Shown: positions 22,701 through 33,607 of the stretch, one piece after another | How positions within the stretch are numbered: position 1 is the first letter of the stretch | Layout: each line of letters begins with the position of its first letter | Source of the DNA: Basidioascus undulatus | Lineage: Eukaryota | Assembly (NCBI GenBank): GCA_000826855.1 | Contig: JTLS01000083.1 | Span: 1 to 33,607 of the forward strand | Direction: 5' to 3' | Length of the DNA stretch: 33,607 nt | The notes under the pieces: generated by a model | Told to the model about the DNA's origin: nothing | The model's input: the letters and a program-made list of their open reading frames with translations, nothing else | The model's database searches: none | Translations under genes and position numbers: made by a program

Positions 22701-23892
22701 CCGGCTTCTTGCAGCTTACACCATCCTTTCTTTCAGAGTCTTGGGTCGACCACGAGAACGTGACGGCTGTTATCTGGGCGGGTCTGCCCGGTCAGGAGTC
22801 TGGCAACGCCATCGTGGACGTCCTCTTCGGCGACTACAGCCCGAGCGGCCGCTTGCCCTTCGTCAGTTTCTTTCTCTTCCCACTTCTATGAATGCATGAG
22901 TCTGACTTGGCCTAATTATTTTCACCCCCAGACCATCGCCAAGGCGCGCGAGGACTACGGCGTGCGTTTTCTTTCGACCGTCACTCTGCGGGCGTGTCTG
23001 ACAAGCAGGTTCGCCCTCTCCAGGTCGATGTGATCTACGAGGACAACTCCACTACTCCTCAGATCAACTACACCGAGAGTAAGGCAGCTTCCTCTTCACG
23101 GTTATTCTTCTCGAGACTTACTGGAGAATCGCGTAGGCATTTTCGTGGACTACCGTCACTTCCAGCAGAACAACATCGAGCCCCGCTACGAGTTCGGCTT
23201 CGGTCTCAGGTGATTCTTAATTCTTTCAAACTTGGATAGCCTGCCGTTCACTGATAATCAATTTGACAGCTACACCACGTTCGACTACTCAAACATGCAA
23301 GTGTCTGCACACGGATCGGCTGGTCAAGACTACGATGCCCACATTTTCGGCGCAAGCGTTCAGCCTTGGTGCGCAAATTTCATTTTTCTTCCAAGACTCC
23401 CTCATCTTCAAACCAAGTTCCTCAGCGTTATACCTTCCACAGGCTGCACGAGCCGGTCTACACGATCACGTTTGACGTGACCAACACCGGCGAGCGCCTC
23501 GGCTGCGAGGTGGGTTCGGCGTGTATCTTTTCCATGAAGGTTGATCTGACCGAGCTTCCTTTTCTTTGAACAGGTCGCCCAGCTCTACCTCAACTTCGCG
23601 CCGGAGTCGGGCGAGCCTCCTCGCGTGCTGCGCGGCTTTGAGCGGGTTAACTTGGAGCCGGGCCAAACGGAGACCGTCACTGTTCAGCTCTCGAAGTGTA
23701 CGGAATTCTCTTTCTGAAGGCTGATGAAGACGCCGTAGCTGAATAGCTGATCATATGGAGGAATCAGATGATACGTCCGTCTGGTCCGCCGAGGAGCATA
23801 GGTGGATTCGCCCTGAGGGCGAGATCAACGTCGTCGTGGGCGCGTCGAGCGCGGACGACAGGCTGTGGGCCGCACTTCCGCCTCTTGCTTAG
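19798..23892 (+). CDS. Secreted glycoside hydrolase family 3 beta-glucosidase (signal peptide, GH3 N, GH3 C, FnIII-like), about 27 introns
   Basis: Signal peptide [16 protein letters not shown], then [45 protein letters not shown], nucleophile [21 protein letters not shown], acid/base [47 protein letters not shown] and LRGFERV. Stop is TAG 23890-23892. Confidence 0.97.
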
Positions 23893-24199
23893 AGCAGTAG
23901 TTAGTTACATCAGAGGGGAAATGCGGGGAAGTGGAAGGACGGAATAGGCGCTTTGAGGACGCTTTTCATGATCTCTCACGTTCGAAACATTCGTTCGCAT
24001 TTTCGCAAGCCTAATGCATGTCCATTGTGTCATGGAAAACCTTCAATATTGGTCAAATATTACGACTTGAAAAAAAAATGCAGTGTGCAGCTTTGACAAT
24101 GGTAAGCAATTGCTGAGCTGTCACTAAGTCGCGGCCCGCCCTTCGCGTTTTCCAACTTCCTTACCGAGTAAGAGAATCTCTGACCCGGACGGATGGACA

Positions 24200-26421
24200 C
24201 ACTTTCGATTATTCCCACCTCTATTAAACACCTAATCCCTTGATCCCTTCCCGAGTGCCAATGCCGCGGGACAGGCGCTGTTTCTTCACTTCGCGCCCCG
24301 TCAAGGAGCTCGATCACATCTTCGTATATTCTTTCGTCAAGTCCCACACCGTTACCCCGTGGGCTTTTGGAATACAGATAACCTCCCCTCCGTCCTCGCC
24401 ATCGACCTCGCCATCGACAAGGGTATCCTCGTCGACGTCTCCTACGACCCGGCGCCGAGGCGCTGCACAGGCACGTCGCGGGCGCAAGCGCGATGCTCGC
24501 ATGCTTGTAGAGTCCCATGTCGTGACACGAGGGAGGCCAGGTCTCGAAGCAGGACGGCTTGGACTCGTCTGCAAGAAGGTCGACGATGTCCGCCCGCTCA
24601 GAGCTTTGGAATGCGGTGATGGACACCTGGGTTCCACGGGAGAGGAAAGGGAGAGGTTGAGGAAGCCATCTAGGATTTGTGCATTGGAGGCGGTCGGGAA
24701 GAGATGAGACGTCGGGAGGGAGGGAAGGGCGCAGGGAACGAGCTCCACAGGTGTACCTCCTCTGTGAAAATTGGAAAGTGAGCGTATATGCCCGACGTCT
24801 TCGAGCAAGTCAGCGAACTCTGCGAGTCGTAACTCGGGCGTCGGTCTCGCCCTGTCGCAAAATCGACAATTCCGCCTGCTTCTCAATGCCCGACCGGCGC
24901 ACTCCAACTCCACCCATCTCAGAGGTTCGACATCGTCCACAACTTCTAGACCGTTCAGCGGTTGAGCACTCGAAGGCTCTAGCCATCGTCGAAGTGGCTC
25001 TCCTTCTCATGGAACCGCCCACGGACGAGTCTTCGGGAGTCCCACGCCAGCGGCAAGGCAAGAGCCTTTCCAGGACGGATGATTCGAGAACGCGCGGCGA
25101 AAGAGAGAGCAGGTGTGTACGAAGGCCACATTCCTCATTCATTTGTGTAAACGGTCGCGAAGCCTGTCACCGAAACAGCTAGTTCCTGCAGGCCTGCAAG
25201 CAATAACTATGTCGCAACGCAAAGTGCAATTTGCAACAATAGATACGGATGGCGCGGACTACCTCACGACGTTCGCTGGGCTCCCTCCGGCCAGATTCAT
25301 TCCTGGTTGCCCTCCTCGCCGACCCAGCGCCCAGCGGAGGATGCGTTTCGCTCCGGGGTTCTTTGCGAACCGGACCGCGCGCTGGATCCTCTGCTTCATC
25401 TCCATCTTGACGCAATGGTCGCCGTACATGCCGAGCACGAACGATTCGACCTCGGGGTGCGACTCGAGGAGGTCGCGGATCAGGATCCTGCGGTTACAAT
25501 TCAGCGAATGTCAGCTGCGGAGTCGAGATAACAGTCGTGGAGAGGAAGTCGTGTTCTCGGTCAGTGACGGGGATGACCTCGAGGTACTTGAGTGTCTTGA
25601 GGTGCTGGCCGATCGTGTCGGCGAGGAACCTCCACACGCTAGCGACATATAAGCCCTCCAGCGAGTTCTTCCATCTTCTCAGGACGATGGGCTCGTCTTG
25701 GGAGATTCACCGGTCCGCGATGGGGCCGTTCGAATAAATCGAATAAGAATATTATAAGCCCTCGAAGGCCAGTAAGAGGGGACGTACCGCTCGATAAGAC
25801 ATCTCGAACATGACTGTCTTCTCTCATTAGAAACCGCAAGTGCATTAAAGAATGCACAAGACTCACAAAGACCGTCATGAGTATAGGCGCCACGTGAAGA
25901 AGCCTTGCCGAGTTACACTCCGGGCGCGGCAGGCAGTTACACAGCGAGCGCTGCGGCGGTGACGACGAGGTCTAATACACCTGCAAATTCTGTTATTAAT
26001 CATTTTTACTTGCCATGATCCTAAGAGAATAACTTACGATCGTCTTGCAATTCTGCTCGGTCATTGCCCGAACGGCGCTCGAGTAGCGTTTGAAGAGCGC
26101 GAAGATGCCCTGCGCGATAACGAACTGCTCCGACTCTCTCGACGGGTACAACCAGAGCGTCTCATGGCGTAAGCGCTGGTTCACAAACGACCCGGTGGCG
26201 GCGAGTTGTTCCGGGCTGAGCTGCTGAAGCTCTCGAGGACTGAGGACCGTAGAGGGGATGGCCGGCATTTCTATGAGGATCTCAAGGTATTCTTGGAAGT
26301 AGCGACGGAAGAAAGAGATGATAGGATGAAGGTGGGAAGGAAGGTCAAGACGAGCAAGGATTTCGTCGGCAGGACTGGTATTGCGGTGCAGCATATTGTC
26401 GTTGCCCGGCTGGGCAGTCAT
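24200..26421 (-). pseudogene. Decayed multi-exon gene(s), unknown family
   Basis: Exon 26421-26038 (..PADEILARLDLPSHLHPIISFFRRYFQEYLEILIEM..) ends at GTAAGT. The next exon starts GTG TAT TAG, with the stop at 25972-25974. A TGA at 25707-25709 interrupts protein-like text (IADR*ISQDEPIVLRRWKNSLEGLYVASVWRFLADTIG). Frame switches occur around 24300-24650. Confidence 0.5.
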
Positions 26422-27701
26422 TTAATCTTGACATTGTCTCTTTGTATTTTTAAATGGGTCTGGAAAAAGCTGTACTGGACGAGGTACCCAAGTATATGGA
26501 AACAATCACACACTGTGCCTCTGTGTGCATGTCGTCGACTCACGCATGCGCCTTTTTCCCGCCCAGCTTCCTGACGTTCCTTCTCACGCTTTTGCGGGAG
26601 GTCTTGAATTTTTGAGCGAGAGAACCGTGTCCAGTCTTTAGGCAGTATAGCGGTGCCTACCAACCAACAACCCCAGGCATTGCCGTATCGTCAAGAACGC
26701 GCTTGGCAGAGGACCAGGAGACAGGTGAAACAAGCTGCTGCATGCAAGTTAACAATGCGCAATCTCGGCGTACTCCCCGCAAACCCTCACACCTCTGCAT
26801 GCGACCTGGGCCTCTTCTTGCAAGAGCACAAAATGAAGATGTCCTTCTTGGGATGTGGGGTGCGACGCCTATTGAAGTGTGTCCTCGTGGGCTGCAGCGT
26901 TGCAGCGGGTTATCTTCCACGTCCTTTGCAGAGTCGTTGTTTCTCTCTCGCCTCGACTCACTGTTTGAAGATTGCTTTGTACCGAAGAATCAAGAGGACT
27001 ACACAACCACTGCATTCGGTTCTCAAGTCGAAGCCGCGCTACTTCCGTGTGCTGTTCCCTGTCCAGCTGGTCTTACGCTACGGTATTCCGTTGCTGAGGA
27101 CACCTAGGCAGGCAACACCGTGTATGTGTGGCTCCATGCCTCCCACAAGCGTGCAAATGCATGCAAGTATACTCTACCTTCAGTTTTTTCCCTGCGTACC
27201 GGATTACGCGAGTGCAAAGGTTGTTCACACGGAGGGGAAACAATATTCTGACAGCATTCAACCGCCCCGCTGGGCGCTGGGAAGGGGCGACGATCCGCAT
27301 GGTGAAAAATACAAAATACATTGGTTACTAATGTTTTGTGTATAATCTAAAGTGTTCAGAACGGATGGAGAGCTCTATTCGAAACTACGTTGTGATTCAG
27401 CAAGGCTTAAACAGCTTCCCTCTTCGGGCCATACTGCGATTGATCATCTCACAGAGGCAGGAGTGCATGGTAAAAAATTGTGAGCACTAAAGCAAGTAGC
27501 GGGTACTAAGCATCCCAGCAATGTTTGAGCGGCTGTGCAGTAACCTGGGTCTTGTGACGATGAAGGCTTTCGGCACCGCGCAGGATGCCGTTTGGAGCGA
27601 CTTATCAGACCAATTTCCTTCCCTCGGCACAGAATAACAAAGTTCATGTATAACAGTCTTATAAGGAACGAAAGCGGGCGCGGGAGGGGTGAATTGGGAG
27701 G

Positions 27702-30700
27702 CTACCGGAAAGCCTCTGCTTGCAGGTTGAACATGTGGGCGTAACGCCTGAGCCGCCACGCAGTGTGAGAATAGGACAACCAAAGGTAGTGTGGGAAAGT
27801 TCACCCGTCAAGTTGAATAAGCTCGTCGTGCGTTCCAGCCTCGACAATGCGCTGCAGCAACAGAACTAGCGTCTGAGCCACATGTCCCCGGCAGACGCGT
27901 TGAGAACCGTGGACTTACGCCTTGCTCAACGAACAAAATTTTGTCGGCTTTACGAACAGTCGAGAAACTTGAACACAACCTTTCAGTCTCGGGTATATCA
28001 AGGCGGACAACTACCGGAGGACTGACGTACCGGTGGGAGATGTAGATGGTCGTGCAGTTCGCAGCGAGCGTTCTGATGCGCTGGAAGAGAGCGTGCTCGG
28101 CCTCAGCATCTGAAGAGGGAAAGACGAGACAAAGTAAGGCTCGGTTTGTCTGACTGGACAAGAAAATCTACCCGCCTAGGCTTGAGGAAGGCTCGTCGAG
28201 CACGACCAGGTCGCAGTCGGGATGGAGGAATGCGCGCGCGAGAGCGAGTTTCTGAGAGTTGTCACAGACGATCAACCATGTCAATTTTTCACGTGACAGT
28301 GTTTCAGAAAGTGAACGGCGGTCGTACGCGCCACTGTCCCCCGCTCAACACCGCCTTTACTTCCTCGGACTGCTCTCCTGTCGGGCGGGAAACTGGCGCA
28401 ACCGTGGCCGATGTGCTCTCCGCCCCAGGTCGACTAGACAGCTGAGTCTCGTAGCGCTTTGGAAGCTTGCCCAAGAAGTCAGCTGCCCCTCCTTTGAGCG
28501 CCGCATCTTGTACAGCGGAGACGGAGTCCATCAGGGGTGAATGGCCAATGCCGATGTTGATTCGTGCCGACAGGTCGAGGCGAGCGAATTCTTGGAAAGC
28601 GCTATAAAATGGGTTCGAGCCGGTCTCCCGTCATCAGTGGATCTTATATACTTCTGGGAACAAAATAGGCTACGCACACTGTCGTATGCGAGTGAAGCAC
28701 TGCAGGCTCGAAGCGGCGAGCGTCGATGCCGTTGATGAGCAGCTCTCCGGAGGAATAGTCCAAGCTGCCTCCAACAGCGTTGAGCGCATGTGGTGGCTGA
28801 TAGAATCGACAATGCTGCGTACAGTCTGAGCAAAATTTTCACGAGCGTCGTCTTGCCACTGCCGTTGTTGCCCACAACGGCCACCGTCTCGCCCGGCTCG
28901 ATCTTCAACGACAGACGCTCGAGGACGGGCGTGCTGCTTTTCGGGTAGGTGAAGTCCATGTCCCTGCACAGTAATCTGCCCTAAGCGGAGTTCGCGAAGG
29001 CCAAAGCAGAGAAATTTTACCTCGCCTCGATCGACATGCCGCGCTTACCATCCCTCCCCGTCGCCGTCTCGTACACTGCCGGAGGTCCGACTGGGTGCAT
29101 CGACCCTCGGACGTTGGGGAGGTCGAAGTAGGCGGACATGAAGAAGATGACTTGGAATGAATCCCCGAGTGTCTGATACACACCGCGGCCGTTTTGCAGA
29201 ACTTTCGATGTAGTTGTCGTGTATACGCCGATAGTGCCGAGCGATATCGAGGATGACGAGCCTTGGAAGGCGAGAGAAGCCTGGAAATGGAGGTTGAATC
29301 TCTGCTTCCTAGCCGCAAAAAGGCTAAAAAAACCTCACGTAGAAGAGAACGTTGTCGACTTCGCGGACGGTCCTTGTCATCATAGAGCGAAGCATGGTCC
29401 AATCTTCGGCAGAATGCGATTTCGCGGACAGGAGCTGCGCAATCTTGTCGTATCTCTCTAATATCCAGCCTCTGTAACGAGCTCAGAGTCAGTATCATAT
29501 TCTTCAGGCTTTGGGTTGCGTGGATAAAGACCCACCTGAGACCGAATAGGAGGACCTCTTCCCTAACATCTCCGTCTGTCGCCAGCTCACGCGTTTTCCG
29601 CTGATCGCGCCTGAGCGGATCGTTCCAGTTATAGTACCACCGGTACTCTCCGCTGAAGATGTCGTCGACGAGACTGATGAGGGGCGAGAGAAACGCGAGG
29701 AAGACGAAGAGGAAGGACTGCAGCGGCGAGCCGCCCGACACGGCGAGCGTGGAGCGAGTCACCGACGCGAGGAGGGAGACAGACGAGACGGCAGCAACTG
29801 CCTGGGTAAGGACGCCCAGGAATCCGTACTTGAGCGACTCGAAGGGCGTCCAGTGGTTGCGAACGGGATACGCGACGTTGCGGTGGCCGATCGACGTCCG
29901 CGGAAAGCCATGTTCTTCGACTGCGAAGATGCCGGCGTCGTGCATCGTCGAGGCGATGTGCGGGTCAGAGAGCGATGGCAGATCGAGCTGAAGTTGGACG
30001 CTGAGATACTGCAGGTGGGAACTCGGTTAGAAAGTCTGCGTTGCCAGTGAGACCAAGATCAAGCACTGCGTGTGCACCTGCATCTCCACGGCGTGATCGA
30101 CCTTCGTTCGGCAGATGCGGGAGTTGCGTTCACTAATGTGGACAAAGCAGGCAGTTAAAGTAACATTTAGCACATGAAGTGGGAGAAAATCACGTAGGAA
30201 GAGAAATACGGACAAGACCGAGGACAAGACGAGGTTGAGGACGGATACGCTTACTTTGAGCAACGCGAATTTGACCAGCTCGGACCGGTCAGCCCTTCCG
30301 ACGGTGAAAGAGTGTTGGACCTGACAAGGCCAATAGGAAGCTTTGAGCATTCATGCGACTGAAGACACCGGGGGGTGGCTAACGATGTTCATAAGTTCCC
30401 CGTTCGCCCACGCTTGCCAAGTCGGCAACACGCCGTCCTTGAGCGGCTGCAGGATCAGGAGCACCGACCGCCACGGACCGCAGAGGCGCACGACGAGGAG
30501 CGCAGCGGCGGGCAGCGAGTGCTGGGCCTTTTCGAGGGCGATGCGGAGGTTCGTACGCGTGAAAGGTCGGCTGTCCTGGATTGTTGGCTCCTCGGCGTCG
30601 TCGTCGGGGGAGGCGCTGGCTTCCGCATCGCTTTTCTTCGGGGCGGTTGAGGGTTTCTCAACAGGAGGAGTGGGGTTACCTCCGCTGAGAGGAGGCGCTT

Positions 30701-30740
30701 GACCGGTCCCAGTGCGCCGGCGGAAGAGATTGGCGAACAT
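27702..30740 (-). CDS. Half-size ABC transporter (TMD-NBD, ABC-B/MsbA-like), multi-exon
   Basis: N-terminal hydrophobic exons, then FTYPKSSTPVLERLSLKIEPGETVAVVGNNGSGKTT (Walker A), signature LSGGQW|QKLALARAF, Walker B LVVLDEPSSSL|DAEAE and H-loop YISHR|FSTVRKADKI. Ends EAGTHDELIQLDG|RYAHMFNLQAEAFR* at TAG 27702-27704. The start ATG 30740 is probable. Confidence 0.9.
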
Positions 30741-31303
30741 TAGGTGATTCAAAGAGGCTCGAACTGGCTCGAAGAAAGGTTGGGTGGCGAGACTGGCGGT
30801 TTATGTGAGAGAACAGTGAGCACGGCGAGCAAAAATGACTCGTGTAGGAGGCGACTGATGGTCCCGATGACTTGACTGAAGTCCATTCCTCATGGTCCGC
30901 TGACAGTTGGGCCGCATATCCGAGGCTGCAGAACACGTTTTCGGTTTCTGTGCATGACTTGCGTTGCTGTATGGCTCCAATGTTGCTCTCCGGAACAACT
31001 AAGACTGAGAGTTCAATGTCAGATTTTTTTTGGAAACTTGCGGACAGTGAGGCTGAGCTGGACGCTTCAGGCACTGCCAGATGCCCGACAACAAAGGCAG
31101 TCGATTTTCTCGTGTTGCACGCTGTAGCGGCGAATGAACCGAACGGCCTGCGAACGGCCTGTCGCTGGGACTTCTCTTTGCGCAAAAGCCGCCTAATTGC
31201 AAGATACGGAAGGCCGACACTTAGTGTTCACATTGCGACACAAGTTTTCAGTCACCGTGCACCTCGACTCCCGCAGAACCCTGTTGTGTATTACGAAGAT
31301 GCA

Positions 31304-32420
31304 TCAGCCGGCGCACGGCTCGCGCTCCGCCCAGGGAGCAGCTCTTTCACCCCCCCCCCGTGACCATGGCGCGCGATTCGGTGCTCCATCAGCTGGTTCG
31401 GCATTCGCCGCCGCGGGTGCAGCAGGCGCGGGAGCAGCGGGCGCGCCCCTCCCGAGCACGAGCTCATTCGCGCCGCCCATCCACCATGGCGTCTTCCCCT
31501 GCTGCTGCTGCTCGACTTCGACCGGCCCCACCTTCTTCTTCTCCAACACTACCTCAGGTTCCAGCCTCCTCACGCAGTCCCTCCACTCCTCCTCGCCCTC
31601 CCACTTCTCCCTTCGGAGCATGCGCCGCTCCACGGCCCGGCCAAGGCCCTCGCCCATGCCGTCGCGCCCCCAGACGTTGTTGGTCCACGCGCCGACGGCG
31701 CCCATCCGGCGGGCGAGGACCACGTCGGTCAGGAGGCGGTCGCCGATGACGAGGAGCTCGGAGGGCTTGGCGTTGTCGAAGTGGGCTGCGATGAGTGGGA
31801 GCAGGCGCGGGGACGGCTTGGGCGCGGTGTGGAGCAGGACGGAGGCGCGTAGGGTGTGGCGGAGGATGGAGGCCTGGAGACGTAGTGCATTTGTTTAGCT
31901 TTTAGGGAGGGGAGCGCGCAAGGGGATGCAGCGTACCTGGAGGAGACCCGGGTCTTTAGGTGTCCCCGCTGAGTTGGAGACGAGCAGGCAGTTGCGGGAC
32001 CCGAACGTGTCTATACATTCGTCCCAGGCTTCCTACCCTTCCTAGAGTCAGATGGCGCCGCGCGTGTGAAAACGGCGCTCAAAGAAGACGCACCTTGAGC
32101 TCCGGGACGAGGTCATCCTGCCTGGGCAGTGTCTGTCCGACTCGGGGCTGTGTTAGGATCCCCCTCCCTCCTTTAAATGCCACTGAAGCGCAACTTACCA
32201 AACAGTTATCCCGATCCACCACAACACCCTTCAACCCCCTCCTTCGCAGCGCGACAAAGTCCAGCGCGCGAATGTCTGGTCTCCCGGCCCGAGATCAGCG
32301 CTGTCCCTCCCTTCGCTCGCCCGCGGATAGCAGCTTACCTGGGACGACGATGTGCGGTGTGATTAGGCGCCTAGAGAACAGCGCCTGTGTGAGCGCTGAG
32401 ATTGCTGGGAGATTGGCCAT
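31304..32420 (-). CDS. GEP4: Mitochondrial phosphatidylglycerophosphatase Gep4 (HAD-IIIA), 5 exons
   Basis: MANLPAISAL..TPHIVVP|DIRALDFVALRRRGLKGVVVDRDNCL|TLP..|..LLVSNSAG..|..PKP..LLVIGDRLLTDVVLARRMG. All four HAD motifs of the Gep4/YqeG family are present. Confidence 0.9.
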
Positions 32421-32627
32421 GTTCGCGTCGGGAGAAGGCGCGGTTGAGTTCAGTTGGGTTCAGACGCGTCTATGAGCGCAGGGGCAGCCGCTATGAAATC
32501 GAGGCTGGCACCGAAAGGCGGTCTGGAGGCCGGTCCGTACCTGAGTCGCCCGCTCCATTGCGTGTTTCAACCTCGCTATCACCGCGCTCATCCTCCTCAT
32601 CCGCATCTACAGACCTCGTATTGGACT
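32421..32627. promoter_or_regulatory. 207-bp interval between divergent start codons (probable bidirectional promoter)
   Basis: The GEP4 ATG at 32420 (-) and the WDR48-like ATG at 32628 (+) face away from each other. Confidence 0.6.
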
Positions 32628-33607
32628 ATGGCGACGACGACGATCCCCGCCCCGCGCAGGCGGGTGACCTACGTCCTCCCCGAGCCCCGCTTGCCCGACA
32701 TCCCCCTCCTCGCACTCCCGCCCCACGATGCTCCCCGCTTCAACCACCCGCGCCCGCTCATCGCGCCTGCTTCTCCGGCTATCGTTGCTGCTGAGCGAAG
32801 ACGCCCTGGTCCCCCGCCCGCGAACCATCCGAGGCATGCGCTGGGGGTGACGAGCTTGGCGTTGGACATGTCGACGCAGCTCAGTGGGCGCGCGGGGCCG
32901 GAAGGGCTGCTGTATACCGGTGCGCTGCGTCTCGAATGTTCCGAAGCTGGGGAAGAAAATGTGCTGATCAGTTGGGAATGGGCACACAGGCGGCAAAGAC
33001 GGACTTGTCGCGTCGTGGGAGCTCAACCTGCCCCTCCGCAAGCGCCAGAGCCGCTACGGCTCCGAGCAAGTCCGGCGCGGGTGGGACGACGACGTCGTGT
33101 CCTTCTCAGACGAGGACGAGGACGAGGACCTGGACCTGCTTGAGGACGCGATGCCGGAAGAGTGGGGAGGCGGGCGCGCGGGAAAGCTCAAGGAGCAGCA
33201 GGCGCTCCGCTGGGAGGAGGCATGGGAGGTCAACAGGGACGAGCTGGCGGATGAGGTGCATCTTCTTGTCCCGTTTATGAGGAGATATACTGACGGTTGT
33301 TGTGAGATGAAAGTCCCCACCCCGCACCAGCTTCCGCCAGTGCGTCCAGAGCCATACAGACCACTGCAACGACCTCCTTCTCGCATACCAAAACCAGCTC
33401 CGTGCGTTCCCTCCCACTTCTCCCCTCCCCACCTCCATCTAAACCAACTTTCGATCCTCTGACCAGTCATCTCTGCCTCCTCTGACCGGACGATCAAGGC
33501 CTGGCGCCCGCACGACCCGTCCGCGAGCGTCTCGCCGAGCGTGATCGGCTGGCACGGGGACTATGTCCGTGCTTTGGCGCACAGGTGCATCCTCCCCCCC
33601 CCCCCTT
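32628..33607 (+). CDS. WDR48/UAF1/Bun107/Duf1-like WD40 protein (deubiquitinase cofactor), 5' part only
   Basis: [60 protein letters not shown]..|[27 protein letters not shown]. This is the characteristic N-terminus of fungal WDR48 homologues. Confidence 0.85.

Noticed and set aside
26653..27345. 230-aa plus-strand ORF
   Set aside because: Non-ATG start, atypical composition, no codon bias like neighbouring genes and no motif.
11041..30740. SDR + membrane protein + GH3 + ABC transporter as a metabolic or detoxification gene cluster
   Set aside because: The genes are separated by kilobases of decayed sequence, with no backbone enzyme or transcription factor and no shared motif seen. Co-expression or conserved synteny would be needed.

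Overview
Eukaryotic, intron-dense fungal DNA. It is most likely basidiomycete, with Pucciniomycotina-type gene structure: short introns, GTGAGT/GTGCGC/GTACGC donors and CTGAC branch points. The taxon is inferred. Most ORF-track entries are antisense shadows or exon fragments. Manual splicing gives eight apparently intact genes: EAF1/VID21 (NuA4 scaffold, runs off the left edge), SF3A2/SAP62/PRP11, an atypical SDR, a DUF6534-type multi-pass membrane protein, a secreted GH3 beta-glucosidase with about 27 introns, a half-size ABC transporter, GEP4 PGP phosphatase and a WDR48/UAF1-like WD40 gene (runs off the right edge). Between them lie lower-GC islands of decayed coding sequence. The 3.5-9 kb island holds a chromodomain remnant, a degenerate minisatellite and a possible lone transposon end with 10-bp repeats. 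A divergent ubiquitin plus zinc-ribbon ORF sits at about 12.4-12.75 kb, and two unassigned multi-exon pseudogenes sit at about 17.3-18.3 kb and 24.2-26.4 kb. No RNA genes, CRISPR arrays or intact transposases were found, and no intact novel multi-gene system is evident. The best leads are the ubiquitin-zinc-ribbon ORF and the chromodomain-bearing decayed island.
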